From Candidatus Hermodarchaeota archaeon (GTDB lineage Archaea > Asgardarchaeota > Thorarchaeia > Thorarchaeales > Thorarchaeaceae), in assembly GCA_048885865.1 (NCBI GenBank), contig JBHLLF010000007.1, positions 1 through 57,098 on the forward strand: DNA of 57,098 bases, read 5' to 3'. Position numbers and translations under genes: made by a program. This document shows positions 45,115 to 54,275 of this stretch, piece after piece. Each line of letters begins with the position of its first letter. Positions within the stretch are counted from its first letter, which is position 1. The notes below the pieces were generated by a model. That model made no database searches. It had not been told where the DNA came from and worked only from the letters and a program-made list of their open reading frames with translations.

Positions 45115-46092
45115 CTACAGATTCGGATTGCTCATCGCAAAGTCCACAGCCTTTCGAAGTTTGGCGAGCGAGAGATTTCCACCTGAACATATGAGCCCAA
45201 CCTTCTTGCCCTTCAGACGCTTTCGAATCCTGTATGCTGCTGCAAGAGGAGCAGCTCCAGCCCCCTCTGCAAGAGTATGAGCATGCTGTATCATCCAGAT
45301 TATGGATCTCATGATTTCCTGTTCACTCACTAGTATGAAATCATCAAGATGATCCCTCAGGATGCTCTGAGGCAGTTCGAATGCAACCCCCGTTGCGAGT
45401 CCCTCCGCTGAGGTGCGGTTAGGACGCTCAACGAGACTCCCCTGTTTCCAAGAATCATGAGCAGCGGGAGCAGCCTCAGACTGGACTCCTATGACCTTAA
45501 TCTCAGGATTGATTGACTTTGCCGCGATACAGGTGCCTGCTGCCCCGCTTCCTCCGCCTATCGGGACAATGATTGTGTCTATCTCAGGCTTCTCTTGAAG
45601 CATCTCAAGGGTTTCTGTAGCCACACCGGAGATCAGGTCAGGTTCATTGCCGGAGTGAATGTATCGATAACCGTGTTTCCTCGCAAGCTCTTCACAATGA
45701 ATTTTCGCCTCATCAAAAATCTCGCCATGGAATATTATCTCCGCACCCAATGCTTCCATGGAGCCCACTTTTCCAGGATTAGCCTTCTCCGGTACTACGA
45801 TTGTTGCTTTGACATCGAATAGTTTGGATGCATACGCGATTGATTGTCCATGATTCCCTGTTGAAGCTCCGATGACTCCTCGTTTCTTCTCTTCATCGGA
45901 GAGCTGCATAATGAGATTGATACCTCCGCGTACCTTGAAAGCTCCCACTGGCTGGACGTTCTCATGTTTGATGTAGACATCAGTCCCTACTAGCTTATTG
46001 ATTGCAGGATAGGATATGAGAGGCGTAGGTTTCAAGTAGGGACTGATTCGCTTCTGAGCATCTAATACATCCTCAAACGTAGGGATTTGCAT
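45115..46092 (-). CDS. PLP-dependent threonine/serine dehydratase (catabolic type, no ACT domain)
   Basis: KHEN-x-QPVGAFKVRG, ASTGNHG, PIGGGSG, EGAGA, CSGGN. Confidence 0.9.
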   Translation of the reverse strand: MQIPTFEDVLDAQKRISPYLKPTPLISYPAINKLVGTDVYIKHENVQPVGAFKVRGGINLIMQLSDEEKKRGVIGASTGNHGQSIAYASKLFDVKATIVVPEKANPGKVGSMEALGAEIIFHGEIFDEAKIHCEELARKHGYRYIHSGNEPDLISGVATETLEMLQEKPEIDTIIVPIGGGSGAAGTCIAAKSINPEIKVIGVQSEAAPAAHDSWKQGSLVERPNRTSAEGLATGVAFELPQSILRDHLDDFILVSEQEIMRSIIWMIQHAHTLAEGAGAAPLAAAYRIRKRLKGKKVGLICSGGNLSLAKLRKAVDFAMSNPNL

Positions 46093-46198
46093 TCAGGATT
46101 CATCTCCATAATTATGGACTAACCATTCTCCTGTTTAAAGCTCAGATGTATCTTCCTCTAAATGGCAAGAGTGTCCTTGCTCCAGCAAGGATTACTTA

Positions 46199-47656
46199 TT
46201 ACTCGGCACCGGAAATGGAATCGAACTGCAGGTCAATGTCATAGGGGAGCCCTATAAGTAAGGAGTTCACCATTGCAACCATCGCAGCTTCAGGTGGTGT
46301 TGCTTCGGGAGGTATTAGGTAGAATGTGTTATACTGTCCAAGTAGGAAGCCAACTGACTCCCGGTGCATGTGCGGCACCTCAGATATTGACCTCTTGATA
46401 ATTATGTTGTAGTCACTGGTGTCTCTATCTAGAAGCTCCTTTGGACAGAAAGGCCCTTGATAATCACCGATGGATATGTTACCATCCTCATTCTTCGCGA
46501 TTCGAAGTTGCAGAGTCTTGTAGGGCGAGTGATTTGTATGATAGACAATATCGTTGCTGCAAATCTCTGCTAGCAGATCAACTAGCCTCATTCCTAGAGG
46601 AGCTTCAATTCCTGTATGAACATGGTAGTAGTTTTCCCCACTCCTTGAAACAATATTAACCAAGCAAGTGACCTTGTTCTTTCGATCTTTTGTCATGGCG
46701 TGGAGAAACTGAGCGTCTGTGTTATCTGGGCTGAGTGAGAGTGCTTTCTCAAAAGCCTTTGATGCATCCTTATACTTGCCTCTGATTGTTTCTGCACGAC
46801 CAAGTTCAAACCAGACATTTGCAAGTCTGTCATTCTTCTTCAGGGCCTGCTTCAGAACATTGATTGCCTCTTTCAAGTCGCCTTGCATTATCCTGAGGCA
46901 TCCAGACTGAAGAAGAGCCTCGGTGTCATCGGGGTCTGCCTGTAGAAATGTATCTATGATACCTTGAGCGTTCTCAATGTCGCCTGCCAGGATGCAAAGG
47001 TCAAGCAGCTTGTATAGAATGGCTGCGACTCCAGCTTTTTCTCCCCTATTTTCAAGCACTTCGATTATCTTCTTTGCAATCTCCAGTTCTTCTGACCTTC
47101 CCTGGGACTCAAAGTATGCAGCTAGAACAGTCCAATTGTCTTTCCCATGGGGAAGGAATCTCAGCCCACGACGTATGCTCTTGCCAGCTCCCTTTGGATT
47201 GTCACCACTGAGCTGGGCGGCACCAAGGATAGTCCATGCGTCCCCATCAGTTGGGTGGATAGAAACAGCGTTCTCAAGATGTGTTATCGCGTTCTCCCAG
47301 TCTTCCAGCTGATAGTATACTGCAGCCATGTTTCGAATGGCTGCGTATTGAATGTCCCTTAACTGGGTGATATATGGATCAGCCACTTGAATGTCCTTTA
47401 GATCGTTCATCTTTTTGACCCCGAGTTGCCTCATCATGTCTTCTTGTTGTGCGGAGCTCAACTTCTTTGCCAAGTCGTATGCATTCCCGAAATCACGCGG
47501 CTCAGTATTTTGAAGCTCTTCTTCTGCTCTCTGTGCAATGCCTCTAAGCAACTCAAGTCCTTGATCAAATTCATTTCTAGAGAAATGTGACCTTGCTTCA
47601 TCGATCACTCTGTTGACTTCACTCAATTCGTCTTGAGATAACCTTCTAGTGCCCAT
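46199..47656 (-). CDS. TPR-repeat protein with candidate C-terminal beta-grasp domain
   Basis: TPR consensus helices (AWTILG, VWFELG...A-x3-F-x-KAL-x-LSPDN); ~160-aa non-TPR tail. Confidence 0.8.
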   Translation of the reverse strand: MGTRRLSQDELSEVNRVIDEARSHFSRNEFDQGLELLRGIAQRAEEELQNTEPRDFGNAYDLAKKLSSAQQEDMMRQLGVKKMNDLKDIQVADPYITQLRDIQYAAIRNMAAVYYQLEDWENAITHLENAVSIHPTDGDAWTILGAAQLSGDNPKGAGKSIRRGLRFLPHGKDNWTVLAAYFESQGRSEELEIAKKIIEVLENRGEKAGVAAILYKLLDLCILAGDIENAQGIIDTFLQADPDDTEALLQSGCLRIMQGDLKEAINVLKQALKKNDRLANVWFELGRAETIRGKYKDASKAFEKALSLSPDNTDAQFLHAMTKDRKNKVTCLVNIVSRSGENYYHVHTGIEAPLGMRLVDLLAEICSNDIVYHTNHSPYKTLQLRIAKNEDGNISIGDYQGPFCPKELLDRDTSDYNIIIKRSISEVPHMHRESVGFLLGQYNTFYLIPPEATPPEAAMVAMVNSLLIGLPYDIDLQFDSISGAE

Positions 47657-47848
47657 TTGCTTTTCATACCTCCCAGGACTGCTCCAGGTAGAACTCGGGC
47701 GCGAGAATAATCAATCCCTCTGATAAATCAACTTGTCATCACAGGCTCCAAGTCTTGCTGCTAGAAAATCAAATCGAGAAAATCATTGCTTTAGGTAATT
47801 TGTTAAAGAGAAGCCAATGTCCTATTTATCAAGAGGCCAGAAGATACT

Positions 47849-48775
47849 ATGACAATCAATATGAGAAACTATCAATGGGATAAAGACTTCGAGGAGGCAA
47901 GATCGTTCCTTGCTAAGATATACCCCATACGAACAGGATATTCGAACTGGATACCATCCACTTTGGAGAATGTTAAATTTGGTCCTGGTGGAACAGAGTA
48001 CCTCGATGAGGAAGACGAATATCTAAAGATCTGGGAGTCAGTCGGCGTTAAGGAAATCATTGCGCTTACATATACAAAGCCCTCTGGAGAGTGCTGGGTG
48101 TCGATTCATCCTGATTATATGGAAGAGTTCAAGGGAATTGTTCGATGGATGGAAGACCAAGTGGGAATGATGAACAGGGATGAAAGCAAGGAACTGAAGA
48201 TAGCTCTGGTTGTTGATGACGACGATGAAGAGCGTATTGCATTGGTTAAAGAACTAGGCTTTCGGAGGGGTGAGTCGTATGGCGACAAACAGGTTCGACC
48301 GCCAGATGCGCCGGTTCCAGACTATAGTATGCCTGAGGGCTACACGATTCGACATGCGGTGGTCGAGGAGGATCACGCTAAATATCGCGAGGTTCAGAAA
48401 GCGGTGTTCCGACACATCAAGGATATGTCGAAGAGTCAGCTTCTTCTTTACAGCAGGGCATCATTCTACAAAGAAGATCTAGACATTGTTGCAGTTGATC
48501 CTAAGGGGAACTTTGCTGCCTTCTGCACTGTCCGGATAGACCCCTTGAGCAGAATCGCGGAGCTTGAGCCTGTCGGAACTCATCCTGACCACAGAAAGTT
48601 GGGACTGGGCAGGGCTGTGATATGTGAAGGGCTTAGGCGTGTTGAAAAATACGAACCATTTGCAATGGTCATCATTGGAGCAGCACCATCAGAGGGGGCT
48701 AGACGACTATATGAGTCAGTGGGATTTGTTAACGAAGGGCCTCTACACTATTGGGTCAAGAAATTGTCACCATAA
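47849..48775 (+). CDS. Tandem-domain GNAT acetyltransferase
   Basis: ELEPVGTHPDHRKLGLGRA, ARRLYESVGF. Confidence 0.88.
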   Translation: MTINMRNYQWDKDFEEARSFLAKIYPIRTGYSNWIPSTLENVKFGPGGTEYLDEEDEYLKIWESVGVKEIIALTYTKPSGECWVSIHPDYMEEFKGIVRWMEDQVGMMNRDESKELKIALVVDDDDEERIALVKELGFRRGESYGDKQVRPPDAPVPDYSMPEGYTIRHAVVEEDHAKYREVQKAVFRHIKDMSKSQLLLYSRASFYKEDLDIVAVDPKGNFAAFCTVRIDPLSRIAELEPVGTHPDHRKLGLGRAVICEGLRRVEKYEPFAMVIIGAAPSEGARRLYESVGFVNEGPLHYWVKKLSP

Positions 48776-48856
48776 CCTGACTCACACTAGCTCTATAGTC
48801 CCATGATGGCTTGGAACATTATTGCTCCGGCTTCTCTAAATGAGAGCCAATGAGAT

Positions 48857-50044
48857 TCATATGCCCCAATATGCCTGAAGGAAGGTCCAGAAGCCTTCTT
48901 GTGGAAACTGCATTGCTAGGTAGTCTTCGGGATTCCACCAGAGTTTATTCTGGAAACATCCGTATGAGTTCGGGAAGAATATCCCCATGCCTTCTGCTGA
49001 TTTCATTGCTTTGCTTGCTTCTGAATAGAGTCCATCCATGAGTGTATCATACAGAGTTACAGCTTCTTCGAAGCCATACCCGGCTATCGTCTTCACGAAT
49101 GAAGGCAGATCGATGTATGCCTCCCATCCGTATTCTGACCATCCAAGATTCCCAGCTCCTCGAGCCTCAGCGACTATCCCGTGATAGTAGCTTCTCATAT
49201 CGCCGAGGAGGCCCTCTTCAAGAACCTCTGTAAGGTCTCCAAGTTGCTCTACTACAAGATTGACATAGGCCATATCAATCACAGCCATTTGAACAAGTCG
49301 TGAGGCAGGCCGCATGGTTTCATAGTAAGCGATATACTCATCCACCATGATCTTGGATAGATCTAATGCATCCATCTCTGGATTGGTTGTCAAGATATGC
49401 AAGAGTGTTGCATAAGGATAACCCCAGTTTGGCACATAGCCTTCGGTGGCAACCACATAATCGATCTGAGTTCCAGACCATGCATACTCATAGACAACCT
49501 CAATCATCCCCGAAACACACATGTCAAATGCCATGATATCAATCTCGATTCCAGAAAGGGCTTCAGTGACCTCTTGGTGGGTCAGATAATCTTCTGGGTG
49601 GTCGTCCCAACAACAGCCTCTGAAGTCATCGCCGTGATCCCACATGACAAGGGCATAATGACTAGCACGAAAGCTCTTCATCGTGTATGTGACAAAGGAC
49701 CGCAATGTGTAGGGGTCCCCCATGTTCGCCTCTTCACCATTCAATGAGAACCCTTTGACGACGTTCAGATCGTCAGCCTCAATATAGTACAGATTTGCCA
49801 CATCATCGTATTTGTCCCATAAGACTACAATGTTCACATCTTTTGTGGACCCGACTGACATCATAGCTTCAATATTCTGATACCCGAAGTAGTCCAAGTT
49901 ATTGTCAGCATCCATATACACCATGAAAGTCCAATCCGCCCTTGGTTGTGCAACAACATGTGATATGGGGAGCATTGCAGGAACAACAAGTATCACAGCT
50001 AGCAGTGACATGATTGTAATGCGATACGAAATTCGACTAATCAT
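48857..50044 (-). CDS. Secreted clostripain-family (C11) cysteine peptidase
   Basis: Signal peptide; WTFMVYMDADNNL, EANMGDP-x-TL-x2-F, WDHG (His), FDMC (Cys). Confidence 0.9.
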   Translation of the reverse strand: MISRISYRITIMSLLAVILVVPAMLPISHVVAQPRADWTFMVYMDADNNLDYFGYQNIEAMMSVGSTKDVNIVVLWDKYDDVANLYYIEADDLNVVKGFSLNGEEANMGDPYTLRSFVTYTMKSFRASHYALVMWDHGDDFRGCCWDDHPEDYLTHQEVTEALSGIEIDIMAFDMCVSGMIEVVYEYAWSGTQIDYVVATEGYVPNWGYPYATLLHILTTNPEMDALDLSKIMVDEYIAYYETMRPASRLVQMAVIDMAYVNLVVEQLGDLTEVLEEGLLGDMRSYYHGIVAEARGAGNLGWSEYGWEAYIDLPSFVKTIAGYGFEEAVTLYDTLMDGLYSEASKAMKSAEGMGIFFPNSYGCFQNKLWWNPEDYLAMQFPQEGFWTFLQAYWGI

Positions 50045-50192
50045 CTCTCTTCCTACTCCATTCGCGCGTGATATTTGTCCATAGCTACAGGTTGCCTACG
50101 ATATAACGCTTCTGACCCGCGCTATTCTGCAGCAATCCCAATGCTTTCGATTGACTGATTAGTCGGTTAATCCATCCGAGAATTTACAGGAC

Positions 50193-51542
50193 GTGGCACG
50201 CATGCTCCCGCTGTGGAAAAAGGTTGGCTATGCAATGGGCCGCTTCGGCCCGTCATTTCTCATAACTATGATCCAAATAACGGCATTCTATGTCTATGGT
50301 ACCAGATTTGAACTAAACTGGTTCTTGAATGGCATCTCAACATCTCTCTCTTACGTCGTTATCGGCCTCACCCACTGGCTTACAGGATACTACAGTGATG
50401 GCTTGAAAACCAGATGGGGCAGGCGGAAACCTTTCGTTGTACTTGGCACACCGGGTATCGTCATCTCGGGTTTCTTACTCTTCGTCCCTAATTGGTTCGT
50501 CAACACAGCTGACCCCTCATTAGAACTCCTTGTTTTCACCTACTACTTGGTAATCCTCTGCCTGTTCAAGTTCTTCTACGCTTTCGTGATGACCGCACAT
50601 CAGTCCTGGTTGCCGGAAATCACTGAGGAGGAGGAGAGACCCCTAGTGTCAGGTCTAATGAACACATTCAACTTCACGGCAGACTCGAGCGGAGCCATCC
50701 TAGGTTTTATGACTCCACTTCTGTTTGTTGGAGAGTCCCCCGCAGCGCTCAGCGATACCGGTATGACGATACTGATTGTCTTCTGTGCTCTCACTCTTCT
50801 ATTCATGCTACCTTCAATGACCGTGATTAGAGAGAAGGCCAGCATAGCTCCAGTAAAACGAAGTCTCAGTGAGGAAACCAGGACCGCAGTTGCCAATCGC
50901 ACATTTGTTGGATGGACAATTGCAGTGGGCTTCCTCTCCTTTACATTCATTGCAATTACTCAGCAAATGGTTGGATTCATTCAAGAGGTGCTACTTCTAA
51001 ACACGATAGATGCTCTGATTCCTCCCGCTCTCACAATGCTGGGGTCAACGGTGATCTGTTTCTATCTCTGGCTATTGGGAATACGTAGGCTCGGGAAGAA
51101 GAAATCTCTTATGATCGGCCTCGTCATGCTGGCAATTATTACCCCCCTGACACCGTTCCTCCGGGGACTGGGAGCTATAGTTGGATATACTACGGTAGCT
51201 ATCATGTTCTTTGCACCTTTGGGAGCAGGGATGGCAATCTACTATCTGATGAGCTATATTGTTCCAGCGGATATTGCCCAGGTTGATGAGATTGTCACAG
51301 GGGAGAGTCGAGCCGGAATTTACACAGGATTCATCGGTGTGCCTTTGAACATGTTCCAAGCGGCCTCTACAGTCCTCTTGGGAGCCTTCATGGAGTTGTC
51401 TGTAATCCTTACAGGAAATGAGCTATGGGGTCTGATGTGGTGGGGACCAGTGTTTGCACCGTTCCTCTTGATTGCCGCGTTCATCTTGCGGTACATCGAC
51501 ATAGATCCGGATTTCGAGGCACTGTCCGGGAAGAATGAGTAG
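50193..51542 (+). CDS. MFS transporter, GPH/MelB (MFS_2) family
   Basis: K-x-GYAMG, GYYSD-x3-TRWGRRKPF, PEIT-x3-ER, ADI-x3-DE-x2-TG-x2-RAG-x-Y-x-G. Confidence 0.88.
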   Translation: MARMLPLWKKVGYAMGRFGPSFLITMIQITAFYVYGTRFELNWFLNGISTSLSYVVIGLTHWLTGYYSDGLKTRWGRRKPFVVLGTPGIVISGFLLFVPNWFVNTADPSLELLVFTYYLVILCLFKFFYAFVMTAHQSWLPEITEEEERPLVSGLMNTFNFTADSSGAILGFMTPLLFVGESPAALSDTGMTILIVFCALTLLFMLPSMTVIREKASIAPVKRSLSEETRTAVANRTFVGWTIAVGFLSFTFIAITQQMVGFIQEVLLLNTIDALIPPALTMLGSTVICFYLWLLGIRRLGKKKSLMIGLVMLAIITPLTPFLRGLGAIVGYTTVAIMFFAPLGAGMAIYYLMSYIVPADIAQVDEIVTGESRAGIYTGFIGVPLNMFQAASTVLLGAFMELSVILTGNELWGLMWWGPVFAPFLLIAAFILRYIDIDPDFEALSGKNE

Positions 51543-51552
51543 AGGTGAGAGC

Positions 51553-52323
51553 ATGACAAGGGAGTTCATGCCAGGTGCAGAACCGCTCTTCATAGAAGGT
51601 GAAGAGAGGGGGTGCCTTCTGCTTCATGGAGGTGGAGGAGGGACAACGTGGGACCTGAAGGAGTTTGCGAACCTATTGCATGCAAAGACTGGAATGACTG
51701 TGTGGTTGCCTGCGCTGACGGGCTATGGAACCAAGCCTGAGGACTTGTATGATATCACATTTGACGACTGGCTTACTGATGCCCGTAGGGGCCTCGACAA
51801 ACTCCTAAAACACTGTGAGCAAGTGAGCGTAGTGGGTCACAGTGCAGGCGGTCTCATCTCTTTGATTCTAGCATCAGAGCGAGAAGAGGTCCATTCGATA
51901 GTGACATGGGCAGCTCCTTTCAGTATTCAGAGTCGATTGCTAATGCTTCTTCCAGTCATCAGTAGGATTCCAGGCATTAGACGCGCTATTCCAGAAAAGC
52001 ATCCGACTGGGATACCCAAATGGTTGAGAGAGCAAGGATGGATTGGTTATGACTGGATTCCGCCATCTATAGGACTTGCAGTACGTGATGGGTTGAAACG
52101 TCTGAAGACGGCTCTGGGAAGGGTAGAATGTCCAGCTTTGATCATTCAAGGTTCTGAGGATAAGTCAGTAGCGGAGGATAGTCCAAGGAAAATCTATGAA
52201 AGTTTGGGTTCGGAAAATAAGGAGATTTGGATTGTAGAGGGGGCAGGCCATCCTTTGATGAATGATGAGAGGTTTAAGGCGGACCTATTTGCTCGGACAA
52301 TCACATTTCTTCTCGACGAATGA
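51553..52323 (+). CDS. Alpha/beta hydrolase (carboxylesterase / monoglyceride lipase-like)
   Basis: GAEP-x-F, LLLHG, nucleophile GHSAG, QGSED, GH; SD AGGTGA. Confidence 0.9.
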   Translation: MTREFMPGAEPLFIEGEERGCLLLHGGGGGTTWDLKEFANLLHAKTGMTVWLPALTGYGTKPEDLYDITFDDWLTDARRGLDKLLKHCEQVSVVGHSAGGLISLILASEREEVHSIVTWAAPFSIQSRLLMLLPVISRIPGIRRAIPEKHPTGIPKWLREQGWIGYDWIPPSIGLAVRDGLKRLKTALGRVECPALIIQGSEDKSVAEDSPRKIYESLGSENKEIWIVEGAGHPLMNDERFKADLFARTITFLLDE

Positions 52324-52357
52324 CTGATTAGTAAGGTGGACCTCAAATCATGTGGAG

Positions 52358-52894
52358 ATGGCAGGTTTGGAGTTCATCGTCGGCTACGATTTTAATCAGT
52401 TCGAGGAGTATTATATAGGTCTCAATGACCTCCACTCCTTCTACAGAACCCGTGGCTTGCGGAAGTCCAAAATAAACGAACTACATGATGACGAGAGAGG
52501 ACATATTGAGAGTGACCCTGACCACCTAATCATCTGGATGGCCCAAGGCCAAATTATTGGTCATACCATCTGGCATGAAACAAGCACAGATGAGATGACA
52601 TCAGGCGATCCACGTGATGAGGATGACAGAGATGCGCTCCAGAAGCTCTTTGGAGGGAAGCGGGAGAACCTCGTTGAATTACATGAGGTCTGGTTGAGGA
52701 CAGAGCACAGAGGGAAGAGGTATGGACACCACTTCCTGGATTTCTTTGAGAGCTTCGTTCGCGAGAGGGGATTTGATGGTATTGTTTATTACTCTGATGA
52801 TGTTGCAGCCATTGCTCTATGTAGACGGAGGGGATACGCTGAGGCCTTCCTTGAAGGAGAGGGATGGTACGTCTTTGGAAAATTAGTGACTTGA
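52358..52894 (+). CDS. GNAT-fold protein
   Basis: VWLRTEHRGKRYG, AIALCRRRGY. Confidence 0.75.
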   Translation: MAGLEFIVGYDFNQFEEYYIGLNDLHSFYRTRGLRKSKINELHDDERGHIESDPDHLIIWMAQGQIIGHTIWHETSTDEMTSGDPRDEDDRDALQKLFGGKRENLVELHEVWLRTEHRGKRYGHHFLDFFESFVRERGFDGIVYYSDDVAAIALCRRRGYAEAFLEGEGWYVFGKLVT

Positions 52895-52938
52895 GGGCCT
52901 CGTCTTTCCTTCAGGCCTACTAAGGCAGACCGTTCCTG

Positions 52939-52993
52939 TAAGCATTGTACGGCATTTTGCCTACCTAACTTGATACTGACAATGCTTATGTCA
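52939..52993. repeat. Overlapping inverted repeats upstream of the M23-like gene
   Basis: TAAGCATTGT(52939)...ACAATGCTTA(52988), plus TGACA-N7-TGTCA (52977..52993). Confidence 0.5.
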
Positions 52994-53024
52994 TAGGCTC
53001 GAGTGCAATCTCAAAGGTCTTGAT

Positions 53025-53726
53025 ATGAACAGGAAACAGAAGGGACTACTTGCCCTGCCAGTCATTGTTGTCGTTGTTGTCGTTGGCTATACAGCTGCAC
53101 TTGGAATTTCATTTGGCTTTGACTCGCCAGCCCTTGAGTTCCCCATCTCTGAACCAGACCGAGTTGAAAGGCTATCTGCATATCATACACCAGATTGGGG
53201 AGAGCCTGGAGTCTTCCATAATGGTATAGACTTAGTTATCTCAGATGATGTCACGATAGTATCACCTGTGAGAGGAACTGTGGTAGCAATGAGCGAGAAC
53301 ATCAATCCCTACGCAGGGAACGTTCTCTTCGACGTAGCAATTTCTGTGAACTGGGGCTGGGAGGTGAAGCTAGTACTAGAACCCGGCTTCTTAGACAGCG
53401 TCAACAATTCGCTACAAAGCACGATGATTGATGCGACTGTTGGACAGCAAGTGGAGCCAGGGGATATTCTAGGAACCCTCTTGTTTAGCGACAATTACCC
53501 CCACCTCCATTATATGCTCTTCAGCTTTGGTTCAGATGTGTGTGCATACAACTACTCAACTACCGAAGCAAAGTCCACCTTTGAATCAATAGCTGTACGC
53601 TCTGGGAGCACAATTCTCTATCCATACGAGTCACCTAGCCTTTTGCTCAGCCCAATTGTGATTGCTCCCGTGGTACTTGGAGTAACATATGTCATAGCAG
53701 TGGCGATTGTCTTTCGTCGTGACTAG
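53025..53726 (+). CDS. M23-family (LytM-like) zinc peptidase with N- and C-terminal TM segments
   Basis: HNGID (HxxxD), SPVRGTV, VGQQV-x2-GD-x-LG, PHLHY (HxH). Confidence 0.8.
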   Translation: MNRKQKGLLALPVIVVVVVVGYTAALGISFGFDSPALEFPISEPDRVERLSAYHTPDWGEPGVFHNGIDLVISDDVTIVSPVRGTVVAMSENINPYAGNVLFDVAISVNWGWEVKLVLEPGFLDSVNNSLQSTMIDATVGQQVEPGDILGTLLFSDNYPHLHYMLFSFGSDVCAYNYSTTEAKSTFESIAVRSGSTILYPYESPSLLLSPIVIAPVVLGVTYVIAVAIVFRRD

Positions 53727-53733
53727 CAAGCCG

Positions 53734-53997
53734 CTATTCAAGACCCTCATAGAACTCGTTGAACTCTACCCAGTCTTCAATCGGCCTCTTTCCTTCATCA
53801 CCACAGAGAGGCCAGGCGGTCCCACAGGAAGTACAATGATAGATGAAGCCAGCATAGTAACCCAATGCACCACCTTTCAGGCGAATAAGAGCGGACTCAA
53901 GATTGCCATCAGATCCACAGACAGGACAGGCATCATCCCTGTCCATCATCATCATGGGCTCTGAAACCTCCTGCAGCTCTCTCATATGGGCGTTCAT
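53734..53997 (-). CDS. Small C4 zinc-finger protein
   Basis: CPVCG...YHCTSCG; SD GGAGAG upstream. Confidence 0.7.
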   Translation of the reverse strand: MNAHMRELQEVSEPMMMMDRDDACPVCGSDGNLESALIRLKGGALGYYAGFIYHCTSCGTAWPLCGDEGKRPIEDWVEFNEFYEGLE

Positions 53998-54275
53998 TCT
54001 CTCACTCTCTCCAAAGCAGACCGTGATGTTGGATGGTCATTTCTTAAACCTGGTGGCAACAGCAAAATTGGGCGCTGTTACTAGCGACAAACATTCTTAT
54101 AAATGGACACCACAGACTATTTATCGAAAGACTTAACTATAGTTATCACTTCCAAGTCTTCTATCTTCACCAGGCGGCGTGGGCGATCATTATATCGACT
54201 ACATGAGCCGAACGGGCAGACTCGTTTCTAGAATCCAGTCATCTGAGAGGTGATGAAAAAGATGAGCCATCTGTG

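Noticed and set aside
53998-54275. 278-bp spacer examined for an RNA gene or attachment site
   Set aside because: No recognisable structure or repeat
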